64,000 nucleotides of DNA from positions 64,001 through 128,000 of the forward strand of contig JBBQXJ010000001.1 of the NCBI GenBank assembly GCA_038209745.1. The letters run 5' to 3'. Positions 20,101 through 29,799 of this stretch are shown here, in pieces (the stretch's first letter is position 1; every line of letters begins with the position of its first letter). The notes beneath the pieces are model-generated. The model was given only the letters and a program-made list of their open reading frames with translations. It had not been told where the DNA came from and ran no database searches. The stretch is from Verrucomicrobiota bacterium (GTDB taxonomy: Bacteria > Verrucomicrobiota > Verrucomicrobiia > Limisphaerales > CANJSG01). The position numbers and the translations under genes are program-made.

Positions 20101-20798
20101 CCGCCGTGGTCGGGTTTCTGGGAACCGCTCCGGCGCGGTTGCAGTCGTCCGTGGCGTGGGTCATGGCGGGATCCAAATCGGGCGCGGAAGCCCTCCTGAC
20201 GGGGATGGCCGCGGGCAAGATCTCGGCCCGCGTCCTCGGCGAGGCCAAGCTGGTGGAGCGTCTGCGGGCCTCGAATCCCGACGACTTCACCGCGCGGCTG
20301 GCCGCCTTGACCAAGGACCTGCCGCCGGCGGATGGCGAGCGGCAGAAGCGGGTCGATACGCGGCGCGCCGGTCTGGATCCGGCCCATGCGGACGTCGCCC
20401 ACGGTCGCCAGATCTTCCAGCAGACCTGTGCCGCCTGCCATCGGATCGCGGGCGAAGGCGGGTTGATCGGGCCGCAGCTCGACGGCATCGGCCTCCGGGG
20501 CGCGGAGCGGCTCTGTGAGGACATCTTGGATCCGAACCGCAACGTCGATTCGGCCTTCCGCCAAACGTTGCTGACCCTGAAAGATGACGAAGTGGTCAGC
20601 GGTCTCTTCCGTCGCGAAGAGGGCGCGACGCTCGTGCTGGCCGATGCGACCGGCGCTGAGATCAAGGTTCAGAAGAACCAGGTGAAGGCGCGGATCGAAT
20701 CCACCACATCGCTCATGCCCGACCTCTTCGGCGAGGCCATCGCGCCGGCCGATTTCAACGATCTGATCGCATGGTTGATGACGCAGCGGGGCCGGTAG
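17121..20798 (+). CDS. PVC-type membrane-bound dehydrogenase-like / heme-binding CxxCH protein
   Basis: GGAGG before ATG; FSLPPGFDIQLVASEP..KPMNMAFD, NPFGLAWD, WFRPVD..GPDGALYVADFYN, RGRIWR, HEAT repeats, CAACH, GPQLDG, SLMP. Confidence 0.88.
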   Translation: MSPMPLIQSFRAAHVRLALLWVLGQLATGPGAMAADPFEAMVRETEPLPPAEERKTFSLPPGFDIQLVASEPDINKPMNMAFDATGRLWVTTSIEYPFPAKDRPGRDRLMIFEDFGPDGRARKVTQFADGLNIPIGVYPFRSARSPGVSPKEPSSNQGRSLLPEGGTTNETWKAVVWSIPYIWLLEDTTGDGKADKRTQLYGPFDVSRDTHGNQSSFRRGFDGWIYATHGFNNDSWITNRDGSVVHLNSGNSYRFRPDGSKLEHHTHGQVNPFGLAWDPRGNLYSSDCHSAPIYQLLDGGYYPSFGKPDDGLGFAPVMIEHAHGSTAIDGALYYADNLWPAEYQDTFFIGNVMTSRLNRDKITFHGSTPKATEQPDFLTTTDPWFRPVDNQLGPDGALYVADFYNRIIGHYEVPLTHPGRDHERGRIWRVVYTNAVVGRASSPASPANTSLRPAALPSDLASLLEELASPNLTRRLLAQHEIEDRFDDTAVARLKTTAQGVYDFPNGDKRFAQVHAMWALRNLDRLDDESLRAGLPPADPLLKVHAMRILAEMGWREASSHPGTRQHDSVGNLRGAILLSLGDDNALVRRCAAEALTAWPDAGNLPPLLGALSKTDRADSHLLYVLRKAVRDTLEVPGAFDELAKLPEAQRALVADILPAVPTAAAAQYILSNLPQLGTDSAQIGALLQHAARYGDAESAPAIARFALDRYAADPAMQLALIKSVRSGLDQRGAATPEAVTEWGRQLAVKLLDGVGAAVSDWRALPLEGAGQSAVPWVFQDRPCAEGQTTRVISSLAPGGEALTGILRSKRFSLPQSLGFYLAGHDGYPDKPLKHVNKVVLKSSDGTVLREASPPRNDIAVKVEWTFTAAERGREAFLEVIDGDTGDAYAWLAIGRIEPAVVQLPAIAPHELAGRLADAVQLAAAFPSTAATAQLRAVADGPLAAKEQALVLKTLLAQDVSYAAALVPRLLPGAPDEAVLATVLAETDQPEARTAVVGFLGTAPARLQSSVAWVMAGSKSGAEALLTGMAAGKISARVLGEAKLVERLRASNPDDFTARLAALTKDLPPADGERQKRVDTRRAGLDPAHADVAHGRQIFQQTCAACHRIAGEGGLIGPQLDGIGLRGAERLCEDILDPNRNVDSAFRQTLLTLKDDEVVSGLFRREEGATLVLADATGAEIKVQKNQVKARIESTTSLMPDLFGEAIAPADFNDLIAWLMTQRGR
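17551..17623. repeat. Inverted REP-like doublet translated in-frame inside the heme protein
   Basis: GCAGCC-CGGGC-GTTA-GCCCG facing reverse-complement GTAGTC-CCGCC-TTCA-GGCAG. Confidence 0.6.
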
Positions 20799-20826
20799 CG
20801 GCGGGCGTCTTTCCGTAGCCCCGATT

Positions 20827-21099
20827 CTAGATCTCTTCCGGCTTTGTTTGGCTCGTTGCGGAATCGCTTTTCTCTTCAGCGTAGGCGAAGCGCATCAAGT
20901 GCGGGGCACCTCTGAGAAAATACAAACCGATACCCGCCGTCCAAGCGGAGGCCACGAGGTAGTTGGCGGGAGTGGCGGCGTGCGATGACTCCCGGCCGAT
21001 CATTGTGACCAACGCCGAGTAGAGATACAGGGCGCTGGCGATCAGCAGGGGCAAGCCGATCGTCCGAATGACCACTCCGAAACAGTCTCTGGGTTTCAT
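20827..21099 (-). CDS. Hypothetical small membrane protein
   Basis: MKPRDCFGVVIRTIGL...GLYFLRGAPHLMRFAY, two hydrophobic segments. Confidence 0.65.
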   Translation of the reverse strand: MKPRDCFGVVIRTIGLPLLIASALYLYSALVTMIGRESSHAATPANYLVASAWTAGIGLYFLRGAPHLMRFAYAEEKSDSATSQTKPEEI

Positions 21100-21163
21100 G
21101 TTGCGATACGGTGTGTTGTTCGATGGTGAACGACAGAAAACAGAGGTCATCGATTGGCCTTAC

Positions 21164-21589
21164 CTAGCTTCGGGACAGGTCTGTGAGTTTGGTCCGCGTG
21201 ATCAACGACCATAGAAAGATTTGGCCGCCGAAGTAGGCGACCACGAGGAACAGGACCATCAGGAAGAGCGAGCTCCAAACTCGGCCTACGGAATACCAGT
21301 CCGTCTCGACACCCAGCAGAACGATCCCGCCGTAGTGGACAATCAGCAGAGCGGCCGCAGCGATTCGACAGCTTTGGAATCGTCGAAAAACGAGCAGGGT
21401 TCCGACGATTGGCCAGATCGCAAGACCCCATGGAGCTTGAGTCCCGGAGGCGCTAAACGGCGCCAGCAACGCCTCGCCGAAAAATGACGACCCATGGCCC
21501 GCACCACCCATCAGCATGCCCATGAACGTCAGGAAAAACTGAAAGGCGGAGACTCCGACAACGAAGCCGATTCCTCTCAGTGTTTTCAT
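21164..21589 (-). CDS. Hypothetical membrane protein (about 4 TM)
   Basis: Hydrophobic ORF, ATGA overlap with upstream GNAT/nitrilase gene. Confidence 0.6.
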   Translation of the reverse strand: MKTLRGIGFVVGVSAFQFFLTFMGMLMGGAGHGSSFFGEALLAPFSASGTQAPWGLAIWPIVGTLLVFRRFQSCRIAAAALLIVHYGGIVLLGVETDWYSVGRVWSSLFLMVLFLVVAYFGGQIFLWSLITRTKLTDLSRS

Positions 21590-23193
21590 GCGCCGATTTG
21601 ACCGTTCTCGGCCCGAACGGGCTGATCACCCAGCGGGCCTTCGCCTTGTTTGGCGGCTTCGGAAACGGCGGCGGAGACGGTGGACACGATCTTGAAAAGA
21701 TCGCCGCGGCGGTCGAGCCGGGGGGTGACGGTGCCGGAATGGCGGGCGGCGTGGAGGGCGTCGAGGTCCACGTCGCAGATGAGGACGGTCTCCTCGTTCG
21801 AGTCGGCCTCGGCGGCGATGCCGTCGCGGGCGAAGGCGAAGTCGGAGGGCGTGAAGACGGCGGCCTGGCCGTATTGCACGTCCATGTTGGTCACGTCGGG
21901 GAGGTTGCCGACATTGCCGGCGATGGCGACGTAGACCTGGTTTTCGATGGCCCGGGCATGGGCGCAGACGCGCACCCTGAGGTAGCCCTGGCGGTTGTCC
22001 GTGCAGAAGGGCACGAAGATGATCTCCGCTCCGGAGTCGGCCAGATAACGGGCGGCTTCGGGGAACTCCACGTCGTAGCAGATGAGCACGCCGATGCGGG
22101 CCTTGGGCGTGTCGATGGTCTGGAGGGTGTGGCCGCCGGAGATGCCCCACCAGCGGCGTTCGTTCGGGGTGATGTGGAGCTTGGGCTGCTCGACGATCTG
22201 GCCGTTGGGAAGACAGACGTGGCAGAGGTTCAGGAGTTCCTTGCCCTTCTTCACCGGATGGCTGCCGCCGATGATGGTGATGCCGTGCTTCCCCGCGAGG
22301 CCGCTGAGGAGCTGGGAAAGCTTGGGCGTGTATTCGGAGAGGCGCTTCATCCCCTCCTGCGGCGAAAGCTCGGTGCCGGCGGAAAGGAGCTGCATGGCGA
22401 AGAGCTCGGGCAGCAGGACGAAGTCGGCTTCGTAGTCGGCCGCCACTTCGGTGAAGTAGGTGACCTGGCGGGCGAGATCGGCGAAGGACTTCACCTTGCG
22501 CATCTGGTATTGCACGCAGGCCAGCCGGACCTTTCTCGCGCCGCCCCGGGGAGCTTTGTAGTCGGGGTTCAACCACTCGATGAGGCTGGCCCAGTTGCGG
22601 CTGTTCGGATCCCGGAGGTAGTTCGGCATGACGCCGCGCAGGTGGAAGCCTTCGCGGATCTGGAAACTGAGGACGAGGTCCTTCAGCTCGCCGGCCGAGA
22701 CGCGCTGGGCGTACTCGGCGGAGGTCATGGTGTCGGCCACGTCGGAGTAGTTCCACAGGCGGCCGCCCGCGAGGATGCGGCGTTTGTTGAGCTTCTTGCA
22801 AAGCTGGCGCCGGGCCTCGTAGAGCGCGTGTCCGACACCCAGTCCCCGGGCGTCCGGATGCACGTAGACGTCGGCCCCGTAGAGGGTGTCGGCTTCGGGG
22901 TCGTGGTTGGTGAAATAGCCGCTGTCCGTGATGCCGGACCAGGTGTGGTGGCGGAGGGGTTCCCGGCCGATGTCCACGATCAGCGAAGCGGCGGCGCCGA
23001 CGATCTTGCCGCCGGAGACGGCCACAAACTGGCCCTGGGGAAAGAGCCGGAGATGGCTCCGGAGATGCGATTCGCCCCAGACGATGTTGTCGCTCGCCAG
23101 GACGGGATAGGCGGCATGGTTCAGCTCGATCAGAGCGGGAATGTCCTGCCGCGTCGCCTCTCGGACCTTGATGGCGGGTTTGGTTCGACTCAT
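21586..23193 (-). CDS. Bifunctional GNAT N-acetyltransferase / carbon-nitrogen hydrolase
   Basis: FPQGQFVA, LYGADVYVHPDARGLGVG..LYEAR (GNAT); LLPELF, QPKLHIT, ICYDVEFPE, ARAIENQ (E-K-C triad). Confidence 0.9.
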   Translation of the reverse strand: MSRTKPAIKVREATRQDIPALIELNHAAYPVLASDNIVWGESHLRSHLRLFPQGQFVAVSGGKIVGAAASLIVDIGREPLRHHTWSGITDSGYFTNHDPEADTLYGADVYVHPDARGLGVGHALYEARRQLCKKLNKRRILAGGRLWNYSDVADTMTSAEYAQRVSAGELKDLVLSFQIREGFHLRGVMPNYLRDPNSRNWASLIEWLNPDYKAPRGGARKVRLACVQYQMRKVKSFADLARQVTYFTEVAADYEADFVLLPELFAMQLLSAGTELSPQEGMKRLSEYTPKLSQLLSGLAGKHGITIIGGSHPVKKGKELLNLCHVCLPNGQIVEQPKLHITPNERRWWGISGGHTLQTIDTPKARIGVLICYDVEFPEAARYLADSGAEIIFVPFCTDNRQGYLRVRVCAHARAIENQVYVAIAGNVGNLPDVTNMDVQYGQAAVFTPSDFAFARDGIAAEADSNEETVLICDVDLDALHAARHSGTVTPRLDRRGDLFKIVSTVSAAVSEAAKQGEGPLGDQPVRAENGQIGA

Positions 23194-23246
23194 GCCGAAC
23201 GCTACCCTCTGAGACGCCGCAAGTCGATGGAGAGCTGGTCGGAACC

Positions 23247-24482
23247 CTAGGGCTTTGCGGCGCGGCTGAGGATGAAGCGATAGGGATACGGCTTGGCGGC
23301 GGCGCGCTCCAAGGCGACCAAACCGTCGTCCACTTCCCGGGCTAGACGGGCCAGTTTCTTGGCCTCTGGATTGTCGCCGTTGAACCGTTCGCGGAACGCT
23401 GCACCGCCCCAGGCCTTGTCCCGGGCATCGACCAGTTCCCTGACCGAATCGGACTGCGCGTCCCACGGACCCCCGGGCTCCCAGCCGTTGCTCGTGGCAG
23501 AGGCGATGTTCTCGCCCCGGGCCAGACGCTCGGCCGGATACGTGCCGAGCAACCGACCTTCCACGCGCAGCTCGTAGTCGCCGGCGGGAAGCGCTTTCAC
23601 GATGAGAGTGTAGCCGTTGAGGCCTTCGGGAATGGGGATCCAACGGTAGTTGAGGGCGCCGAAGATCCCAAGGTTCAGCGGCAGTCCGCGATCCAATCGG
23701 GTGAACTCGATGCCGTCCGGCGTGGTCTTCAGGGCCGTGATCTTGCAGCCGTCGGCGCCCAGCACCTTGCCGGTGGTCGCATCGAGGGTGGCGGAGGAAA
23801 CTTCGGCCGGCGCGTCGAGGCCCTTGATGATGGCGTAGGCCATGGCGAGCTGGCCGAGGTCGTTGAGATGGATGCCGTCGTCCACGTGTAGGCGGGTCTG
23901 CTTTTTCGGATCGGTCTCCTTCGTGTTGGCCTCTACGACACGGCGTTGGACATCGCGCATGCTCCGGGAAATGTCGATTGAACCGGCCCCGAGCGAACGC
24001 GCCAAGGCCATGCCGTCATCGGCCATCTTCTGGAGGTAGCCGTCGGCCGATTTCGCGGGATCTTCGGCGGTGATGGAGGGCGAGCAGATGAAGACGCGGA
24101 TGTGCCGCTTCTGGCAGCGGGTGACGATCCCACGAATTCCATCGAGATACTTCTGGCGATGTTCGTCGTCCGCCTTGGTGCCCCAGCCGATGTCGTTGAT
24201 CCCGAAAGCGACCGTAACCACGGTGGCGCCCTTGCTGAAGACGTCGCGTTCCAGCCGCTCCAGACTGCCGAACGCGGTGTCGCCGCCCTGACCCGCGTTG
24301 ACGAAGCGCACCTTTCGATCGGGGAAACGCATCAACGTGTAGTGCTCGACCACCTTGGTGTAGCCGCGCGCCGCCGTGATGCTGTCGCCAAGGAACGCGA
24401 GGGTGTCGCCGTCATGGAGGGCGAAGTCGGCCCGGGCGATCCAAGTGGTAACCCCGAGAAGGAGAGCGAAGAGGAGGCGCAT
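23247..24482 (-). CDS. SGNH/GDSL hydrolase, secreted
   Basis: Signal peptide; FLGDSIT, NAGQGGDT, FGIND, DGIHLN. Confidence 0.88.
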   Translation of the reverse strand: MRLLFALLLGVTTWIARADFALHDGDTLAFLGDSITAARGYTKVVEHYTLMRFPDRKVRFVNAGQGGDTAFGSLERLERDVFSKGATVVTVAFGINDIGWGTKADDEHRQKYLDGIRGIVTRCQKRHIRVFICSPSITAEDPAKSADGYLQKMADDGMALARSLGAGSIDISRSMRDVQRRVVEANTKETDPKKQTRLHVDDGIHLNDLGQLAMAYAIIKGLDAPAEVSSATLDATTGKVLGADGCKITALKTTPDGIEFTRLDRGLPLNLGIFGALNYRWIPIPEGLNGYTLIVKALPAGDYELRVEGRLLGTYPAERLARGENIASATSNGWEPGGPWDAQSDSVRELVDARDKAWGGAAFRERFNGDNPEAKKLARLAREVDDGLVALERAAAKPYPYRFILSRAAKP

Positions 24483-24493
24483 GGCGGGAAATC

Positions 24494-25954
24494 TTACGGG
24501 CGTTTCGCGGCAGTCTGAGCCGTCTGGGCGGGCTTCAGCCGTGGGTCGTCGAGGTCGAGTCGGTAGAGGATCTGGTTGTAGTCGTAGCGCGGGGTGGGGG
24601 TGGGATTGGCGGAGAACGTGTGGGTGTAGGTGCCTTCGAAGAGCAGCATGGGGGAGCCGGTCGGCGTGAAGTCGAGGTGAAGGCAGGGATTGTAGAACGT
24701 GTAGTTGCGGTGGGTCAGCACCTTCACGGCGGGGCCCCAGGGACCGGTCGGCGCATCGGCTTCGGCATACCAAAGCTCGCCGAGGGCGGAGGGCGTGCCG
24801 CCGTTTTGCTGGAACACGGAGACCCATTTCTGGCGCCACGGATGCCAGCCCATGCCGCCCGAATGGACGCCGCGATGCGGCTTCACTTCTCCGCTGCCAT
24901 CGGCCGCCATCAGGGTGGCCTGCTGGGTCAGCGGTTCCCACGACGCGGGGTCCTGCCACGCCTCGAACGTCGCCGGACAGCGCATCGTGGGAAACGGATG
25001 CGTGAAGAGCATCCAGTCTTCGCCCGCCGCATCTTTCCACGGCACCGCGTGGCCCTGCGGGACCACCGGCGACCGGGGCGATTCGGCGGACATTTTCCAG
25101 ATGACTTTCAACCTCTCGAAGGACCGGCGGCTCTCGTTCCAAACGGCCAGGCCCCATTCGTAGGCCTCCATCGATGGGCGGACCTTCATGTAGGTGCAGA
25201 CGAGATGGGGGGTGCCGGTTCGATCGGGCAGACTGACCATCGCGGTGGCCCAGGTCGGTCCCTCGCCCGACATCGGCGTGATGCCTCGGAGGCGGTCCTG
25301 GTCGTCGCGGAACATCTCGAAGTCCACGCGCAGCGGCGGTTCGAAAATATTCAGTGGAAGCGGCGCGGTGGTGGCGCCGGAACTGTCGAAGATGCCGAGC
25401 GGATAGTTGGGCAGGGTCGTGTCGCCCCAGAGCCAGTAGCGTCTGCCGCGATGGATCGTGGTCTGGACGCTGTCGCTGCCGAAGACGCCGCTCTCCCTCC
25501 GGTCCAGATCGTGTCCGGTCCGCTGGCTCTCGGCGAAGAGCCCGGCGCCGGTCAGACGGCCCAGCCGGCGGGCGATCATCGTGCGTGTCACCTCGATCTT
25601 GAGAGTCTTGCCCGGCTCGGGCGTCCAGCGAACCCCGCGATAGCCGAACCCGTCCTTCGGCACTTCGTAGCCGTCGGCGGCGACATGGAAGAACGTTTCC
25701 CTCCCCATGACCTCGGGCAGATCGACGGCCACGACGCCGGCGTTGTCGGTATAAAAAGTGACGCTGTGCGTGGTCTTGAGTTCAACCAATGGAACGGGCC
25801 AGCCGGACCCTTTTTCGACCACTTCGATCCGACCCGGCTCGGCGGCCCGGGTTGCATTCGAGACCAAGGGCAGAAGCGCCAAAGCGGTGGCGAGCGGGCG
25901 CCAGACGCCGAATGGCCCGGTTGTCGGAAGGCGATGTTTCAAGACGGGAACCAT
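24494..25954 (-). CDS. Hypothetical secreted protein (possible beta-propeller glycosidase-like)
   Basis: Signal-like N-terminus, YWLWGDT, LWYAEADAPTGPWG, YTFYNP, FEGTY, RYDYNQILYRLDL; start estimated. Confidence 0.7.
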   Translation of the reverse strand: MVPVLKHRLPTTGPFGVWRPLATALALLPLVSNATRAAEPGRIEVVEKGSGWPVPLVELKTTHSVTFYTDNAGVVAVDLPEVMGRETFFHVAADGYEVPKDGFGYRGVRWTPEPGKTLKIEVTRTMIARRLGRLTGAGLFAESQRTGHDLDRRESGVFGSDSVQTTIHRGRRYWLWGDTTLPNYPLGIFDSSGATTAPLPLNIFEPPLRVDFEMFRDDQDRLRGITPMSGEGPTWATAMVSLPDRTGTPHLVCTYMKVRPSMEAYEWGLAVWNESRRSFERLKVIWKMSAESPRSPVVPQGHAVPWKDAAGEDWMLFTHPFPTMRCPATFEAWQDPASWEPLTQQATLMAADGSGEVKPHRGVHSGGMGWHPWRQKWVSVFQQNGGTPSALGELWYAEADAPTGPWGPAVKVLTHRNYTFYNPCLHLDFTPTGSPMLLFEGTYTHTFSANPTPTPRYDYNQILYRLDLDDPRLKPAQTAQTAAKRP

Positions 25955-25994
25955 TGCTGAACGATCCCCGGAACCGGCGCCTTCGTCGACTCCG

Positions 25995-27131
25995 CTATTT
26001 TTCGGAAAGGACCTTGATGACCGCATTGAAGGCCGGCTTGGGTTGGCGGGCACGGTCGAAGAGCAGTGGATGGTTCACCCGTTTCCACGGGAAGTCGTTC
26101 AACCAGCTCTCGCCGTCGTGGAGGTTCCAGAAGGAGACGCGCTCGATGACGTCCGCGTGTTTCCGGTAGATCTGGAAGAGGCGGCCGTATTGCTCGGCCT
26201 GGCGTTGCAAGACTTCTGGCGGGCAGCCGGCGCGATAGGGATCGATGAGCGCCATTTCCTCGCGGTATTTGCCGCCATCGGCCCACCAGCGGCCGCGCGG
26301 GATGACGTCGATGTCCAGCTCGGACACGACGACCTTCATGCCCAGTTCCTTCATGGCGACGAGGGTCGCCTCGATGTCGTCGAACGGCACGTGGTCCAGC
26401 TCGTAGTGGCCCTGCATGCCGACGGCGTGGATCGGGGCGCCCCGTTCCTTCAGGGAGCGGACGAGCCGGATCATCTTCTCGCGCTTGGCGGGGAGCTCGT
26501 TGTTGTAGTCGTTGTAGATGAGCAGGGCCGCAGGATCGGTCTCGTGGGCGATCTCGAAGGCGCGGGCGATGAAGTCCTCGCCGCAGGCCGTGGACCAGCC
26601 GGAGGGGCGGAGGTAGTTGGTGCCGTCGTCGAGGGCTTCGTTGACCACGTCCCACTGGGCGATACGACCCTGGTAGCGTCCGACCTCGGTGACGATATGG
26701 CGGCGCATCCGCTCCAGCAGCACCATGCGGGACGCGGTCTTGCCGCCGTCCAAAAAGAACCAGGCGGGGGTGCGGTCGTCCTTGGCCCAGACGAGACAAT
26801 GGCCGACGACGCGAAGCCCGTTGCTCTGGGCAAAGGCAACGAATTCATCGGGCTGCTCGAAGCGGAACATTCCAGGAGCCGACTGGCTGGCGGCGGGCTT
26901 CATGCAGTTCTCCGGCGTGACATACTCAAACTGGGCCTGCAACAGGGCCCAGTCGTTGGTCAGAAACGGGATGCGATCGCTGATGCCCACCCCGATGTGG
27001 AAAAAGCCGCCGGCGGTGCCGCGAAGGGTGGGAACGGGCGGAGCCACTGGAGCGGGCGCAGGGGATCGGCAGCTGGATAGCAGCGGACCAAGAACCAGTG
27101 CAACCAAAGCGAGGCGGCGAAGTCTTGTCAT
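25995..27131 (-). CDS. GH10 endo-1,4-beta-xylanase, lipoprotein
   Basis: Lipobox-like LLSSC; TPENCMK, GHCLVW, WDVVNEA (acid/base), YNDYN, GMQGH, VSELDI (nucleophile). Confidence 0.92.
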   Translation of the reverse strand: MTRLRRLALVALVLGPLLSSCRSPAPAPVAPPVPTLRGTAGGFFHIGVGISDRIPFLTNDWALLQAQFEYVTPENCMKPAASQSAPGMFRFEQPDEFVAFAQSNGLRVVGHCLVWAKDDRTPAWFFLDGGKTASRMVLLERMRRHIVTEVGRYQGRIAQWDVVNEALDDGTNYLRPSGWSTACGEDFIARAFEIAHETDPAALLIYNDYNNELPAKREKMIRLVRSLKERGAPIHAVGMQGHYELDHVPFDDIEATLVAMKELGMKVVVSELDIDVIPRGRWWADGGKYREEMALIDPYRAGCPPEVLQRQAEQYGRLFQIYRKHADVIERVSFWNLHDGESWLNDFPWKRVNHPLLFDRARQPKPAFNAVIKVLSEK

Positions 27132-27234
27132 CGATGGATTTGATCCTGCCAGAACCCGTTGGGAAAGCCTGCCATCCAAAGAGACGACAGGAGTTCCGGT
27201 TGTCAGAAGTCCGCCGCTCGCCTAGAGATTCTCA

Positions 27235-29799
27235 ATGACCCCAGTGACCCTTTATTCGTGTCGTGTGAAGGATCCGGCCCCAGCCGGCTTCACGGCGCGC
27301 TGGGCGGGTTTCGCGGCGATGCTGGTCCTGGGTTCGGCCGCGATGGCCGATAACGCCCGCTTCCGCAAAGACATCCACCCGATCCTGACCGAATACTGCT
27401 ACGACTGTCACGGCGACGGAATGGAGAAGGGCAATGTGGCCTTCGATGGATTCGCCTCGGACGAGGCGCTGCTGGCCGACCGCACCCTTTGGCTGCAGGT
27501 CCTGAAGAACCTCCAGACCCGGACGATGCCGCCGGAAAAAAAGGACCGCCCTTCGGACCGCCAGATCGCGAGGCTGGAAAGCTGGATCAAATCCGAAGTC
27601 TTCCAGATCGATCCCAAAAATCCGGATCCAGGCCGTGTGACCGTGCGGCGGCTGAACCGCGCCGAGTATCGCAACACCGTCCGCGATCTCATGGGGGTGG
27701 ACTACGACACGAAGGAGGAGTTTCCCCCGGACGATTCCGGCTACGGCTTCGACAACATCAGCGACGTCCTCACGTTGCCGCCCATGCTGCTGGAAAAGTA
27801 TCTCGATGCCGCCAAGGACATCGTGAACCGGGTGGTGCCACTCGTGGAGCGCGTCGCGCCGGAAACGATCATCGGAAAGTTCGAGGGCGAAGGCACCTGG
27901 GGCACCAGCCTGTCCTACTACGCAAAGAACGCGGTCACCAACCGCTTCAACATGGCGCACGCGGGCCGCTACAAGGTCGTCCTCGATCTCCGCGCCAACG
28001 AGAAGTTCGTGGACAACGTCTTCGACCTCAACAAGTGCCGGCTCACCTTCCGGCTCGATGGCGAGGTGCTGTTGACCAAGGAATTCAACCGCGAGGGCAA
28101 TCTCCCGTTCCTCTTCGACTTCGACCGGGAATGCGCGGCCGGCGGCCATGAAATGTCGTTCGAGGTCGAACCGCTCACTTCGGAAAAGCAGGTCAGAGCG
28201 TTGAAGCTCCGGATCAACCAGGTCGCCTTCACCGGCCCGCTCGACGACCGCAAGACGTGGGTCCGGCCGAAGGGCTTCGAGCGGTTCTTCACCAAGGACG
28301 CGCCAACCGATGCCGAAGGCCGCCGAGCCTACGCCCGGGAGCTGCTCGGGAATTTCGCCACGAAGGCCTTCCGCCGGCCGATCGATCCGGCCACGGCCGA
28401 AAAGCTGGCCTCGCTGGCCCAGACGGTCTACGACGCGCCGGGGAAGACCTTCGAGGCGGGAATGGCCCACGCGATGGTGGCGGTGCTCGCTTCGCCCCGC
28501 TTCCTTTTCCGGGAAGAAGCGCCCGCGCCTGCTCTCGTCGATGGCCGCTTCCCGTTTGTCGACGAACATTCGCTGGCTTCGCGCCTGTCCTACTTCCTCT
28601 GGTCCACCATGCCGGACGACGAGCTGCGGCGACTGGCCGACGAGGGAAAGCTCCGCGCCACTCTTCCGGCCCAGATCCAGCGGATGCTGAAGGACAAACG
28701 CTCCTACGCGTTCGTCCAGAACTTCGCCGGCCAATGGCTGCTCGCGCGGGACATCGAGACGGTGCCGATCGATTCCGGCGTCGTCGTCCGGCGCGACGAG
28801 AGCCGGGACTCCGAATTCGAGGCCAAGCAGAAGCGGCTCAGCGCGCTTCGCAAACGGCAAAACGGCGATCTGACCAAGGAGGAGCAGGCCGAGTTCGACA
28901 CCCTGCTGGCCGAGGTCCGTCAGGTGGTCCGCCGAAAACGCCCGGAGTTGAACGGTGATCTGCGCCGGGCGATGCGCGCGGAGACGGAGAAGTATTTCGA
29001 GCACGTCATGCGCGACGACCGGCCGCTGGTCGAGCTGATCGACAGCGACTACACCTATCTGAACGAGCGGCTCGCTCAGCACTACGGCATGAGCAACGTC
29101 CTCGGGGACGACTTCCGCCTCGTGAAGCTCCCGCCCGACAGCCCGCGCGGCGGCGTGCTGACCATGGGCACCATTTTGGCGACGACCTCCAATCCCACCC
29201 GCACTTCGCCGGTGAAACGCGGAGTCTTCATCCTCGACCATCTTCTCGGTGCGCCGCCGCCGCCGCCGCCGCCGAACATTCCGCCGCTGGAAAACACCGA
29301 ATCCGCCAACAAGGGCCGCGAGCTGACCCTGCGCGAGACGCTGGAGATCCATCGCGCCAAGCCGCTCTGCAGCTCGTGCCACAATCGCATGGATCCGCTC
29401 GGGCTGGCCCTGGAGAACTTCAACGCCATCGGCATGTGGCGCGACACGGAGCGGCAGCAGCCGATCGAACCTGCCGGCCGGTTGATCAGCGGCGAGTCGT
29501 TCCAGGACATCCGCGGGCTGAAAAAGATTCTCGCGACGACGCACGCCGAGGATTTCCGCCGGTGCCTGACGGAGAAGCTCCTGACCTATGCTCTCGGGCG
29601 TGGACTGGAGTATTACGACGTCGCGACCGTCGACTCGATCGTCGACCGCATCGCCAAGGAGGACGGCAAGTTCTCCGCCCTGATGCTTGGGATCATCGAG
29701 TCCGCCCCGTTTCAACGGACCCGCACCGACCGTTCCACCGTTTCCCTGCCCCGTCCCGAACCCGCGCAGCTCCGCGCCCAACTGAAGTCCTCGCCATGA
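27235..29799 (+). CDS. DUF1592/DUF1588/DUF1587/DUF1595/DUF1585 cytochrome c-like protein
   Basis: CYDCH, MPP, RRLNRAEYRNTVRDL, GFDN, LASRLSYFLWSTMPD, FAGQWL, TSPVKRG, CSSCH..MDPLG, LLTYALGRG; true start may be downstream (about 27319). Confidence 0.9.
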   Translation: MTPVTLYSCRVKDPAPAGFTARWAGFAAMLVLGSAAMADNARFRKDIHPILTEYCYDCHGDGMEKGNVAFDGFASDEALLADRTLWLQVLKNLQTRTMPPEKKDRPSDRQIARLESWIKSEVFQIDPKNPDPGRVTVRRLNRAEYRNTVRDLMGVDYDTKEEFPPDDSGYGFDNISDVLTLPPMLLEKYLDAAKDIVNRVVPLVERVAPETIIGKFEGEGTWGTSLSYYAKNAVTNRFNMAHAGRYKVVLDLRANEKFVDNVFDLNKCRLTFRLDGEVLLTKEFNREGNLPFLFDFDRECAAGGHEMSFEVEPLTSEKQVRALKLRINQVAFTGPLDDRKTWVRPKGFERFFTKDAPTDAEGRRAYARELLGNFATKAFRRPIDPATAEKLASLAQTVYDAPGKTFEAGMAHAMVAVLASPRFLFREEAPAPALVDGRFPFVDEHSLASRLSYFLWSTMPDDELRRLADEGKLRATLPAQIQRMLKDKRSYAFVQNFAGQWLLARDIETVPIDSGVVVRRDESRDSEFEAKQKRLSALRKRQNGDLTKEEQAEFDTLLAEVRQVVRRKRPELNGDLRRAMRAETEKYFEHVMRDDRPLVELIDSDYTYLNERLAQHYGMSNVLGDDFRLVKLPPDSPRGGVLTMGTILATTSNPTRTSPVKRGVFILDHLLGAPPPPPPPNIPPLENTESANKGRELTLRETLEIHRAKPLCSSCHNRMDPLGLALENFNAIGMWRDTERQQPIEPAGRLISGESFQDIRGLKKILATTHAEDFRRCLTEKLLTYALGRGLEYYDVATVDSIVDRIAKEDGKFSALMLGIIESAPFQRTRTDRSTVSLPRPEPAQLRAQLKSSP

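Noticed and set aside
29253..29275. (GCC)n microsatellite as a phase-variation tract
   Set aside because: Encodes the poly-Pro motif typical of DUF1588 domains; triplet changes keep frame
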